This document shows, one piece after another, positions 38,254 through 48,287 of a DNA stretch of 64,000 bases. Origin of the DNA: a bacterium (GTDB taxonomy: Bacteria > UBA8248); NCBI GenBank assembly GCA_963692865.2, contig OY843592.1, positions 960,001-1,024,000 on the forward strand, read 5' to 3'. Position numbers and translations under genes: made by a program. The stretch's first letter is position 1. The number at the start of each line of letters is the position of its first letter. Below the pieces are notes generated by a model, which did no database searches, had not been told where the DNA came from, and saw only the letters and a program-made list of their open reading frames with translations.

Positions 38254-40206
38254 ATGGAGAAAGCAGCCGTGCGCGATGACGCCCCCAAAAGCAATTGGCT
38301 CGACCGCTTCGTCACCCGGACGACGGCCATTCCACTGCCCCGCGACTTGCACTCGAAGGCGCTTCGCGCCGTCGTCATGCTGGTTTCCGTCGCGTTTTCC
38401 CTGCTCTATATCTACTATGCCGGGTTCGGGTATTTCTCGCCCGAGAGCTTCATCTCCGGGTATCTGGGGTTCACCTTCGTCCTGGTTTTCATCCTTTTCC
38501 CCGGATCGGACAAATCGCCTCGCGACCGCATTACCGCAGTCGACGGGATTTTGGTATTGAGCACCATCGCGGTCACCTACCATTACAACGTCTACTTCCC
38601 GATCCGCTACATCGAGCGATTCGGCGAGGCGCTCGTTCACGACGTGGTTTTCGGCATCATGGCCATCGTTCTGGCGCTGGAGGCCTGCCGCCGCACGCTG
38701 GGTCCCGCCCTCCCGCTGATCTCGCTCGCCCTGATCGGATATTCCCTTTTCGGCCCCTACTTTCCGGGTCATCTGACGCATCAGGGAATCAGCGTCTGGG
38801 ATACCGCGGCATGGCTGTACAGCAACCAGTCGATCTACGGCGTCATCACGCGGATCTTTGCGAGTTTCGTGTTTCTCTTCATCGTGTTCGGCGCGATTCT
38901 GGAGATGTCGGGAGGCAAGGAGCTCTTCCTCAATCTCCCGCTCTCCATCATCGGGCGCACACGGGGAGGATCGGCGAAGCTCAGCGCCGTGGCGAGCGCG
39001 CTCTTCGGCATGATATCCGGGAGCCCCACGGCGAACATCGTGGGCACCGGGACGCTCACCATCCCGCTGATGAAAAGATCCGGGTTCCCGCCGCACGTGT
39101 CGGCCGCTTTCGAGGCCACGGCCTCGACCATCGGCGTGACCATGCCCCCGTTGATGGGCGCGGCCATATTCCTCATGGCGGATTTCACAGGAATTCCCTA
39201 TCTGGAAATCGTCAAGGTATCCATACTGCCGTCGCTGTTGTTCATGCTCTCCCTCCTGGCCGTGGCCCACATGTACGCCAGGAAGGCGGGCATCGAGGGG
39301 TTGCCGCCCGAGGAGTTGGGGGATCCCTGGGAGATACTCAAAAACTACTGGACCTTCGCGATTCCCCTGGGTCTCATATTCTACATGCTCGGCTCAGGTT
39401 ATAGCCCGGATTACGCCGTGTTCGTCGCCATTCTGGGCGTGGCGGGGGCGAGTCTCCTTTCCAGGCACACGCGCCTGACGATCCCCCAATGGGCGAAAAT
39501 CCTCGAGGTCGGCGCCCGGAGATCGCTCACCGTCGGCGGACTGGCCGGATGCTTGGGCATCATCATCGGGATCGTGTTCAGAACGGGAATCGGAACCAAG
39601 CTCTCGATCCTCGTGGTCGACCTGTCCGGCGGATATCTCATTCTCGCCGTTTTGCTGACCGCCCTGGTGACGTTCGTGCTGGGGATGGGCGTCTCTTCCA
39701 TCACGGCAGACTACCTCCTCCTTTCGGTGCTGATAGCTCCTGCCCTGATCGAACTCGGCGCGACGCCGATGGCGGCCCACCTTTTGATCATCTGGTATTC
39801 GCAGACTTCGAATCTGACGCCGCCGGTCTGCGGCGGCGCCTTCACCGCGGCCGCCATAGCTGGCGCGCATCCCTGGCGGACAGGGTTTTTCGCCTTCCGA
39901 ATCGGGCTGTTCATCTACCTCATTCCCGTCGCTTTCGTTTTCGGCGACCTCCTGAATCCGGGGCTGAACCTCCCCTTCTTCTGGACGCTGTTGACGGCGT
40001 CCCTCTCGGCGGTCTGCTTCGGCGGCGCCGTCATTGGCTACCTGGCGAGTCCCTTGAATATGTGGCAGAGGTTCCTGCTCGCGGCGGCGACGATCGCCTT
40101 GTTCGAACCGCACCTGCTCCTGGATTTCATCGGCATGGTTCTCCTGGCGGTGGTGGCAGTGTGGCAAACTCTTGGTAGAAGGCAGGCGAACCGGGAGGCC
40201 GCTTGA
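38254..40206 (+). CDS. TRAP transporter fused (4TM/12TM) permease
   Basis: LEACRR, GGSAK, GMISGS..AN..GTGT.TIPLMK, MPPLMGA, TPPVC. Confidence 0.92.
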   Translation: MEKAAVRDDAPKSNWLDRFVTRTTAIPLPRDLHSKALRAVVMLVSVAFSLLYIYYAGFGYFSPESFISGYLGFTFVLVFILFPGSDKSPRDRITAVDGILVLSTIAVTYHYNVYFPIRYIERFGEALVHDVVFGIMAIVLALEACRRTLGPALPLISLALIGYSLFGPYFPGHLTHQGISVWDTAAWLYSNQSIYGVITRIFASFVFLFIVFGAILEMSGGKELFLNLPLSIIGRTRGGSAKLSAVASALFGMISGSPTANIVGTGTLTIPLMKRSGFPPHVSAAFEATASTIGVTMPPLMGAAIFLMADFTGIPYLEIVKVSILPSLLFMLSLLAVAHMYARKAGIEGLPPEELGDPWEILKNYWTFAIPLGLIFYMLGSGYSPDYAVFVAILGVAGASLLSRHTRLTIPQWAKILEVGARRSLTVGGLAGCLGIIIGIVFRTGIGTKLSILVVDLSGGYLILAVLLTALVTFVLGMGVSSITADYLLLSVLIAPALIELGATPMAAHLLIIWYSQTSNLTPPVCGGAFTAAAIAGAHPWRTGFFAFRIGLFIYLIPVAFVFGDLLNPGLNLPFFWTLLTASLSAVCFGGAVIGYLASPLNMWQRFLLAAATIALFEPHLLLDFIGMVLLAVVAVWQTLGRRQANREAA

Positions 40207-40252
40207 AGTTTTTGGATATGGCTGAACCAATGCTCCGTGGAGGATATATCGG

Positions 40253-42295
40253 TTGTTTACGTTAGGCGTCGACATCGGTGGCACGTTTACAGACCTCGTG
40301 GCTATCGACCCCGAGCGCGGCGAGGTGCGGACGGGAAAGATCCCCTCGGTTTCGGACGAACCCGCAAGCGCCATCCTGGCGTGCCTGGGCGACCTCGGGC
40401 TCGAAGACGAGGAACTGGAGCGGATGATTCATGGAACCACCGTCGCCACCAATGCGCTCCTGGAGCGGCGCGGGGCCGTTACGGCGCTGGTGACCACGCG
40501 CGGGTTCCGGGACGTCACCGAAATCGGAAGGTGCCGGCGGCTGGTCGAGGGCGGCATGTTCCACATCGGGTTCCGCCGCCCGCCGTCCCTGGTTCCCCGA
40601 AACCTTCGCGAGGAGGTGGACGAGCGACTTCGGGCGAACGGGGGCGCCGAAGCCCCGCCCCGGCCGGAAGAGTTCCAGAATGTAGTGGAAAATTTGAAGC
40701 GAGAAGGGGTCGAGGCGGTGGCGGTATGTTTTCTTCACTCCTACGAGAATCCGGATCACGAAGAAGCCGTCGGGGAGTGGTTGCGGGACAGGCTCGGACC
40801 AGATGTCTACATCTCGCTATCGAGCACGGTGAACCCCCAGTACCGCGAGTTCGAGCGGTTCTCCACAACGGTGGTGAACGCCTATGTCGGCCCGGCGGTG
40901 GGGCGGTATCTCTCGAAGCTCAGAGACGGCGATATCGGGAAACTGGACAACGCGAGCATTTACATCATGGGCTCGGCGGGCGGCGTGATGGATATCGACA
41001 CGGCGGAGGACTTTCCGGTACGGACCATCTTTTCAGGCCCTGCAGGCGGGGTCACCGCGGGGCGCTATATCTCCGAGGAACTCGAACTGCCGAACCTCAT
41101 CACCTGCGACATGGGTGGGACGAGCGCTGACGTCGCCCTGCTCCTCCGCGACCGGATTCTTTACGCCAGGGATGCCGTCATCTCGGGGGTACCCGTCCGC
41201 GCCGCCCAGCTCGAGATAAAAACCGTTGGTGCAGGAGCCGGGAGCATCGTGTGGCTCGATGTAGACGGGGCGCTTTGCGTGGGACCCAGAAGCGCAGGTT
41301 CCTCACCGGGTCCCGCCTGTTATGGATTCGGGGGAGAGGAGCCCACCGTCACCGACGCGAACGTCATCCTGAACCGGATCGGAGACGGCGCCCTTCTCGG
41401 CGGGAAAATAAGGGTGGACGCCTCGCTGGCGCGTGAGGCGATGGCCCCGGTGCGGGACAGGCTCGATTTTGGCTCGCTCGAGGAACTGGCCGAAGGGGCA
41501 CTTAAAATTCTCGTGGCCCGGACGGTCCGGCTCATCCGCGAGATCTCGCTCGAACGGGGATTCGACCCGCGCGAATTCGCTTTCGTGGCCTTTGGCGGAG
41601 CAGGTCCCATGCACGCCACGGCCATCGCGGATGAACTCGATATGGAAACGGTCGTGGTTCCGGCTCACCCGGGGAATTTTTCCGCCCTGGGGCTCGTGAT
41701 GGCGAAGATGCGCCGGGATGCGACCGCCACCTACCTCGAACGCTCCTCCACCCTCGATCTGGCGGACTTGCGCGGGCGGCTCGCCGAGATGGCGAAGGGG
41801 GTCGAGAATCGCCTCCTTGCCGACGGCGTAGGGGAGGAGAGCATCTCCTTGTCGATTTTTCTGGAGATGCGCTGCTTAGGCCAAGCGCACGAGATTCCCG
41901 TTCCCTTAGGTTCGTCTCCGGAGCGGGTGGACCTGCCGGCCATCGAGGACGCCTTTGATAAGATCTATGCGGAACGCTACGGCCGCAACCCGGACCCCGC
42001 AACCGAATGGGAGGTCATCTCGATCCAGATCATCGGCGAGGGAGAGGTTCAGGCGTATTCGACTGAAGCCTGGCGGGCTAAAAGCAGGGGCGGCAAGGGC
42101 CCCAGGGAGGTGCGGAAAGTATGGTTTGAGGGGAAGTGGCGCGAAACTTGCGTATATGATCGAAACGAGGTCGGGCCTGGAACGACCGTGGAAGGTCCCG
42201 CCATTATAGAGGAGAGCGGAGCCACGACGGTGATTCCTCCCGGGTGGCGCGCTGAGACTCACGCGAGCGGGCATATCCTGCTGCGGCGCCGATAG
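40253..42295 (+). CDS. Hydantoinase/oxoprolinase A subunit (ATP-dependent)
   Basis: DIGGTFTD, HGTTVATNALL, SGPAGG, DMGGTS, GPRSAG..PGPACY, FGGAG. Confidence 0.93.
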   Translation: MFTLGVDIGGTFTDLVAIDPERGEVRTGKIPSVSDEPASAILACLGDLGLEDEELERMIHGTTVATNALLERRGAVTALVTTRGFRDVTEIGRCRRLVEGGMFHIGFRRPPSLVPRNLREEVDERLRANGGAEAPPRPEEFQNVVENLKREGVEAVAVCFLHSYENPDHEEAVGEWLRDRLGPDVYISLSSTVNPQYREFERFSTTVVNAYVGPAVGRYLSKLRDGDIGKLDNASIYIMGSAGGVMDIDTAEDFPVRTIFSGPAGGVTAGRYISEELELPNLITCDMGGTSADVALLLRDRILYARDAVISGVPVRAAQLEIKTVGAGAGSIVWLDVDGALCVGPRSAGSSPGPACYGFGGEEPTVTDANVILNRIGDGALLGGKIRVDASLAREAMAPVRDRLDFGSLEELAEGALKILVARTVRLIREISLERGFDPREFAFVAFGGAGPMHATAIADELDMETVVVPAHPGNFSALGLVMAKMRRDATATYLERSSTLDLADLRGRLAEMAKGVENRLLADGVGEESISLSIFLEMRCLGQAHEIPVPLGSSPERVDLPAIEDAFDKIYAERYGRNPDPATEWEVISIQIIGEGEVQAYSTEAWRAKSRGGKGPREVRKVWFEGKWRETCVYDRNEVGPGTTVEGPAIIEESGATTVIPPGWRAETHASGHILLRRR

Positions 42296-42329
42296 GACGA
42301 GCAAAGGCGAGATTCACTCCCGCTTTGAG

Positions 42330-42640
42330 GGGGTTGTTGAATAAGTGCAATGCGGGAGGCTTTGCGTTTATTGTAGGGACAGGTCGCGACCTGTCCCTAC
42401 GGTAGGTGGTGGTTCCTCCCTGTTCGGTTGGAACCGACTTCTCGGGGCCAATGACGAATTTGGTTTTTGTTCGTCATTCCGGCGAAAGCCGGAATCCATT
42501 TGCGGGTGCGGGTGAATGAACGGCGGCATTTCATTCCCCGCCGGTGTGCGGGAACCCTGGCGAAAGGCAAAAGGCGTAAAATGGATTCCGGCTTTCGCCG
42601 GAATGACGGTGAATACTCTCGATGGAGGGTCAACAATCCC
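42330..42640. mobile_element. MITE-like element carrying a 28-bp palindrome and a dRS3-like inverted pair
   Basis: Left end GGGGTTGTTGAATAAG; right end tcaacaatccc. Perfect palindrome gtagggacaggtcgcgacctgtccctac at 42373-42400; 30-bp perfect inverted repeat 42472-42501 / 42579-42608. Confidence 0.7.
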
Positions 42641-42770
42641 TTGTGAGGCTTTTTCATCGGGCTTTCCCCTCGGGAAGCACGACCCCACATGGAAGGATTT
42701 CGAATTATTTCTGTGCTTGCCGGAAACTTTCGATGGGCTTGCGGCCTGTCATGAACGAAGAGGTGGAGAG

Positions 42771-44060
42771 ATGACTACAGAAAAAAGGACGGACTACCTC
42801 GCAAGGGCACGCGCTTCCCTCCCGGGCGGTTGGCTCGGGGACCTGACGCTCCCGGACGAGATGATGCTTATCGCCTCTCGCGGAGAGGGAAGCCGCCTCT
42901 ATGACGTGGATGGGCGCGGTTACCTCGATTTTACGATGGGCGGGGGATCCCTGATTCTGGGCCACGCGCATCCGTCCATCCTCGAGGCGGTGCGAAGGCA
43001 GATGGAACTCGGCTCCACCTTCTATACGCTGAGTGACCGCTCCATCGAGTTGGCCGAGGAACTGGTGAAGGCGATTCCTTGCGCGGAGCTTGTGCGTTTC
43101 GCCTCAACGGGCGGGGAGGCCACGTTCTACGCGTTGCGGCTGGCGCGCGCCTTCACCGGCAAGGAGAAAATTCTGAAATTCGAAGGGAGCTACATCGGCC
43201 ACAGCGACTACGGAATGATGAGCGTTTCCCCTCCGCGCCCGAACCTGTACCCGTCTCACCACCCCGATTCGGCCGGGATTCCCGCAGCGGTCCAGGAACT
43301 GGTGATCACGGCTCCCTTCAACAACGCCGATATCGCCTGCGGGCTGGTGGAAGAGCACGCCGGGGAGCTTGCCGCCGTCATCGTCGAGCCCGTTCAGCGG
43401 TCGATTCCTCCTGCCCCGGGTTTTCTAGAAGGGCTCCGCCAGGTGACGACCGAACGCGGGGTACTGCTCGTATATGATGAGGTGGTTACCGGATTCCGCC
43501 TCGCCTACGGAGGGGCGCAGGAGTATTTTGGCGTCGTTCCCGATCTGGCGGCTTACGGCAAAGCAGTCGCGTGCGGATTCCCCTTGTCGGCGGTCGCGGG
43601 ACGGGCGGACGTGATGGAGCTGGCGGACCCCGGCCGCAAGGGGGAGCCGGATTACGTCTACATCAGCGGCACGCTCTCGGGTAACCCGACCTGCGCCGCC
43701 GCGGCGCTCGCCACCTTGCAGGAATTGTCCCGGCCCGGCGTTTATGACGGCCTGCACAGGATGGGGGATCGATACCGCAAGGAATTAGCGGCGTTGTTCG
43801 ACGAACACGGGATTCCCGCCCGGGTGCAGGGCATCGGGCCCTTTTTCCAGGTGTTTTTCACCCAGAATCCGGTCGCCGACTATCGGGGTCAGACGCAGGC
43901 GGACAGGAAGCGGTTCGAATCTTTCGTCCGAAAAATGTTCGTGCGAGGCGTTTTCATGAGCCGCAGGGCGAAGAACTATCTTTCCACGGCCCACAGCGAA
44001 TCGGACCTGGGCGAGTTCCTGGAAGCCGCGCGGGCCGTATGCGCAGGAGGCCTAGATTGA
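42771..44060 (+). CDS. Class III PLP aminotransferase (GSA-aminomutase-like)
   Basis: YDVDGRGYLD, LGHAHP, DEVVTGFR, YGKA (PLP Lys), SGTLSGNP. Confidence 0.9.
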   Translation: MTTEKRTDYLARARASLPGGWLGDLTLPDEMMLIASRGEGSRLYDVDGRGYLDFTMGGGSLILGHAHPSILEAVRRQMELGSTFYTLSDRSIELAEELVKAIPCAELVRFASTGGEATFYALRLARAFTGKEKILKFEGSYIGHSDYGMMSVSPPRPNLYPSHHPDSAGIPAAVQELVITAPFNNADIACGLVEEHAGELAAVIVEPVQRSIPPAPGFLEGLRQVTTERGVLLVYDEVVTGFRLAYGGAQEYFGVVPDLAAYGKAVACGFPLSAVAGRADVMELADPGRKGEPDYVYISGTLSGNPTCAAAALATLQELSRPGVYDGLHRMGDRYRKELAALFDEHGIPARVQGIGPFFQVFFTQNPVADYRGQTQADRKRFESFVRKMFVRGVFMSRRAKNYLSTAHSESDLGEFLEAARAVCAGGLD

Positions 44061-44062
44061 CC

Positions 44063-46123
44063 ATGAGCGATAGCCGGACGATTCCAGAGAGCGCCTCGGC
44101 CGACGCCGTCACGGTCTCGGTGGTTCAGGAACTCCTGATCTCCGTTGTCCGCGAGATGCGGGTTACTTTTTCCAGAAGCGCCTTCTCGTCGATCATCAAC
44201 GAAGGACACGATTTTTCCTGCGCCCTTCTTTCGCCGGAAGGAGGTCTGGTCGCCCAATCCGAAGATCATCCAGGCCATATCTTCCCGATCTCCTACGCCG
44301 CCGGAGCGGTTTTCACGCGCTACGCAGGCGATATTCATCCGGGCGACGTTTTCCTCCTGAACGACCCCTATATTTGCGGAACCCACATGAACGACATGGC
44401 GATGTTCTGCCCCCGGTTTCACGATGGCCGCGCCCTGGTATTCCCCGCGCTCCGCGCGCATTGGGGGGACGTCGGCGGCTCGGTGGCCGGCAGTCTCTCA
44501 GGCGACGCCTCCCACATCTTCATGGAGGGAATGATCGTCCCGCCCATCCGGCTCTATTCCCGGGGCGAGTTGAACCGCGAATGCCTGGAGGTCGTTCTCC
44601 GGAACATGCGGGGCCGCGAGGACAGGCATGGCGACCTGATGGCCATGCTCGGCACCTGCAGGCTGGCGCAGCAGCGCCTGGACGAAATCGAGGATCGATA
44701 TGGACGGGAAACGCTCCAGGCGGTGAACGATAATCTCCTCGACCGGGCGGAGAAACGGATGCGGGCGGCCATCAGCGCGCTTCCAGACGGAACATTCCAC
44801 TACGAGAACTATATCGACAACAGCGGGACGGGAGTCGAGCCGCTCAGAATTTCACTTCGCCTCCAGATCAAGGAAGATCAAATCCACTGTGATTTCAGCG
44901 GGACTTCCGGGCAGGTGAAAGGGCCCACGAACGCAGGCCCTGCCACGGCCGCCACGTCGTGCTTCATGGTGCTGAAATCGCTCCTCGATCCCGCGCTGAG
45001 CGTGAACGCGGGCTGTTTCCGTCCGCTTACGATGGACGCGCCGGAAGGGTCTATTCTCAATGCGGAATTCCCCGCTCCATTCGGCGGCGCTTCCGACGTA
45101 AGGCGCACGATCGAGTCGTGCGTTCTGGGCGCGGCGGTCCAGGCGATGCCCGACCTCGCGGTGGGCGACACCAAGGGGGCGGCCAACCATTGCTACATCG
45201 CCGGCGCCCAGCCGGACTCGGGCGAGGCCTTCCTCTACTATGAATACCCGGCGGGGGGCACGGGCGCGCTCGCGGGAAGCGACGGAGACCACGCCCTCAG
45301 AACCTACACCGAAGGGGATTTTAATGCCGTCCAGCCGGTGGAGAGCCTTGAAGCCACGCTCCCGCTCCTCGTGGAGGCGAGCGGCCTCAGGGTCGGCTCC
45401 TGCGGCCACGGGGAGTGGCGCGGCGGTTTGGGAATGGAGCGGAAGGTTCGCCTGGAGACCGGCGGCGCGGGCCTCACCGTTTTGACGGACCGCGTGATCA
45501 TTCCTCCCTATGGAGTGGACGGCGGGACTTCGGGCGGAGGAAACCGGTTCACGGTGTTCCGGGAAGGGTCGGAGGTGGAGCCTTCCGAAGTTCCGGGAAA
45601 GGCCACGGCCTTTCCGCTCTTAGAAGGCGACGCCGTGATTCTCCGCTCCGCGGGCGGCGGCGGCTGGGGAGACCCACTGGCCCGCACGCCCGAGGCTGTG
45701 CTGGCCGACCTCCGGCTGGGATACATCACGGTGGAGGATGCGCGCGAAGTCTACGGCGTGGTCCTGACGGACGGAGCGCTCGATATGGCCGCGACCTCCG
45801 CTGCGCGGGAGCAGCTTAGGATGCGAAGGATGTATCTCACCGTCCGCCTGAATGACGAGGACGCTTACAGCGGCAGCCGGCGGCTTTGCCCGATGTCTCC
45901 CGAGACGGCGGGGGGACACGGATTTTCGGAGGGGATGCTCGTGGAGTATGTTCCTGCCCGCGGTGCGCCGCTCAGGGCCTGGGTGAAATTCGCGCCGGGT
46001 CTGGCCGCAGGGGAAACTTACCTCGGGCCAATCGGGGCGAGCATTCTGAAACTACAAGACAAAGAAGAAATATGGCTCCGGTCGATTGCAACTCCCTATT
46101 CGCACCCCCCGCTGGCCTCGTGA
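44063..46123 (+). CDS. Hydantoinase B/oxoprolinase subunit with C-terminal extension
   Basis: DFSCAL, NDPY..GTHMND, HWGDVGG, G.G..RGG.G, GGGGWGDP. Confidence 0.93.
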   Translation: MSDSRTIPESASADAVTVSVVQELLISVVREMRVTFSRSAFSSIINEGHDFSCALLSPEGGLVAQSEDHPGHIFPISYAAGAVFTRYAGDIHPGDVFLLNDPYICGTHMNDMAMFCPRFHDGRALVFPALRAHWGDVGGSVAGSLSGDASHIFMEGMIVPPIRLYSRGELNRECLEVVLRNMRGREDRHGDLMAMLGTCRLAQQRLDEIEDRYGRETLQAVNDNLLDRAEKRMRAAISALPDGTFHYENYIDNSGTGVEPLRISLRLQIKEDQIHCDFSGTSGQVKGPTNAGPATAATSCFMVLKSLLDPALSVNAGCFRPLTMDAPEGSILNAEFPAPFGGASDVRRTIESCVLGAAVQAMPDLAVGDTKGAANHCYIAGAQPDSGEAFLYYEYPAGGTGALAGSDGDHALRTYTEGDFNAVQPVESLEATLPLLVEASGLRVGSCGHGEWRGGLGMERKVRLETGGAGLTVLTDRVIIPPYGVDGGTSGGGNRFTVFREGSEVEPSEVPGKATAFPLLEGDAVILRSAGGGGWGDPLARTPEAVLADLRLGYITVEDAREVYGVVLTDGALDMAATSAAREQLRMRRMYLTVRLNDEDAYSGSRRLCPMSPETAGGHGFSEGMLVEYVPARGAPLRAWVKFAPGLAAGETYLGPIGASILKLQDKEEIWLRSIATPYSHPPLAS

Positions 46124-46130
46124 GCAACCT

Positions 46131-46434
46131 CGGACAGGCGCAGGGGCCTGTCCGCTACAAAACCACCCCCCCCTTAACAGGGGGATAAAGGCGATACTCG
46201 CCGACGAGGAAGTGCAAGAAAAGCCCCAATTCCTTGGCTCGGTGAATAGAGCCGACAGGGGGATGGCGGAGAATCACTCCCCCTCAAGGGGGGAGTGAAC
46301 TTCAAAAGCGTCTGCGCAACTCAAAATTGCTTCCCGGAGGTTTTTCAACAACCCCTGACAAGGGGGGGGGTGGGGGTCGAACGCGATCGGGGAGGGAGCG
46401 TTCGCTGCCCTTGACGGGGCTTTTTCCACACCCC
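46131..46434. repeat. Intergenic cluster of REP hairpin, CCCCC..GGGGG palindromes and IS-like ends
   Basis: REP 46131-46159; cactccccctcaaggggggagtg 46275-46297; ends at 46339-46355 and 46418-46434. Confidence 0.7.
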
Positions 46435-46534
46435 CCGGATCGGGCCTCCATGACACTCCGAGCACAATGAATTACAATTCCTCCACAGATCGAACCCGGC
46501 CAATAGAGACCTGATTCTTCGGGAGGATACCAGG

Positions 46535-47923
46535 ATGCCTGAGTCAGCCGATTATCTTCTAAGCGGGGGAACCGTCATCACGGTGGATGAGGAGCGCCGC
46601 ATTATCCGCGACGGCGCAGTCGCCATACGGGGAGACCGGATCGCCGCCGTCGGAAAGGCGGAGGAGTTGAGCCGGGAATTCACCGCCGGGCGCACGATTG
46701 ACGCAAAGGGCAAGCTCATCATGCCCGGTTTCGTGAACTCCCACATGCATTTCTACCACACCATGCACCGGGGGCTGGCTCCGGAAAATCTCGGAGGCAT
46801 GCCGTGGTCCGACTACGTGCACAGATACATCGCCACGGTCCTCACGCCCGAGGACGAGATATACGGCGGGCTGACGATTCTCCTGGAAACCTTAAAGGCG
46901 GGCACCACCACTTTTCTGGAGGCGGGCTCCTACAACCCGGCGGCGGTCATCGAGGGAATCTCGCGCATCGGCATGCGCGGCCTGATGGGCAGGCGCTCCT
47001 TCGACGATGAGCTTCTGGGTCACAGCATGCTTCTGGAAGATACCGAGACCTGCCTCAAGGAAAATCTCGCCTTCCTGGAAAAGTACAAGGACGGCTACAA
47101 CGGCGGGTTGATCAAGGCGTGTGTGGATGTCGTCGGGCTCGGCCGCTGTTCGGACAAGCTGTATATCGAATCGAAGAAGATGGCGGATGATTACGGGACC
47201 ACCCTGAACTTTCACCTTGCGGCCATGTTCGAGGAATTGACGGCTACGCGCATGCGGTATGGCCGCCGTCCCGTCGAGCATATGTATCATCTGGGCGTGC
47301 TCGGGCCGAATACGGTTCTCGTACACATGATTCACGTGAGCGAGCGGGAAATCGACATGCTGGCCGAAAAAGAGGCGCGGGTGATCCACTGCCCCTCGAC
47401 GGCGCTCAAGATTTCCTACGGCAACGCGGCGTTCGCAAGGTTTCCGGAGATGCTGGCCAAAGGGGTCACCGTCGGTATCGGGAGCGACGCTTCGGACTGC
47501 TCGAACTACGCCGACATGATTCGCGTCATGTACCTCGCCGGCGTGCTGCCGAAGGATTATCGCTACGACCCCGACGCCGGCTCCGCGGAGACGGCCATCG
47601 AAATGGCCACCATCAACGGGGCGCGCGCCATCGGAATGGACCATGAAATCGGTTCGCTCGAGGTCGGCAAGAAGGCGGACGTGATCATCATCACCATGAA
47701 GCGGCCGGAGTGGTACCCGCTCTACAGCGAAGTGCAGAACCTCGTGTATTCCGCCTCGGGCGATTCGGTGGAGACGGTGTTCATCGACGGGAAAATCATC
47801 ATGGAAGACCGCCAGGTGAAGACGGTGAATGAGGAGGAGATCCTGGAAAAATGCCAGGAATGCGCGGCGGGAATCCTCATGAGGAGCGGCGTGGAAGTAC
47901 CGGGCAAGTGGCCAATCCTGTGA
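46535..47923 (+). CDS. Amidohydrolase (Atz/Trz/SAH-deaminase-like)
   Basis: MPGFVNSHMH, GTTT, HCP, GSD, ATINGA, GSLEVGKKAD. Confidence 0.9.
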   Translation: MPESADYLLSGGTVITVDEERRIIRDGAVAIRGDRIAAVGKAEELSREFTAGRTIDAKGKLIMPGFVNSHMHFYHTMHRGLAPENLGGMPWSDYVHRYIATVLTPEDEIYGGLTILLETLKAGTTTFLEAGSYNPAAVIEGISRIGMRGLMGRRSFDDELLGHSMLLEDTETCLKENLAFLEKYKDGYNGGLIKACVDVVGLGRCSDKLYIESKKMADDYGTTLNFHLAAMFEELTATRMRYGRRPVEHMYHLGVLGPNTVLVHMIHVSEREIDMLAEKEARVIHCPSTALKISYGNAAFARFPEMLAKGVTVGIGSDASDCSNYADMIRVMYLAGVLPKDYRYDPDAGSAETAIEMATINGARAIGMDHEIGSLEVGKKADVIIITMKRPEWYPLYSEVQNLVYSASGDSVETVFIDGKIIMEDRQVKTVNEEEILEKCQECAAGILMRSGVEVPGKWPIL

Positions 47924-48287
47924 CAATCCCGTTCGGTCTGAGGAGAAACATCAGGAGAGGAATTACAGAGTTGCCGCACCGGGTTTTCCTCTTGTGCAAG
48001 ACGAATTCATTGTGAAGCTAAAATAATAGAGCGGATTGCGGACCCGCTTCTCAATGAATTTCGAGAACGATTTTGGGAAGAAGAGCCTGAAACTCTTTAT
48101 GACATGGGTAAATCCGAGTGATTTTGGGTCATATATCCCCAAATTTGAACGAGATAGCGAGAATGACGAACTGTACACGCATTTCCATATCTAAACGGCG
48201 AAAAGCTCCCGTCCCCAAAACGGCTGGAAACTCGAGAGATTTTCCAAGCCATTTGGAATTTTTTGTCAGGCGACTGCGCGTGAATGC

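Noticed and set aside
42516-42770. N-terminal extensions of the aminotransferase (and of Gfo/Idh/MocA at 36664)
   Set aside because: They translate repeat DNA; the downstream ATGs coincide with the domain starts.
42330-46355. 4-kb composite transposon carrying the aminotransferase and hydantoinase B
   Set aside because: The left end has a nearer partner at 42630-42640, and hydantoinase A would be left outside.
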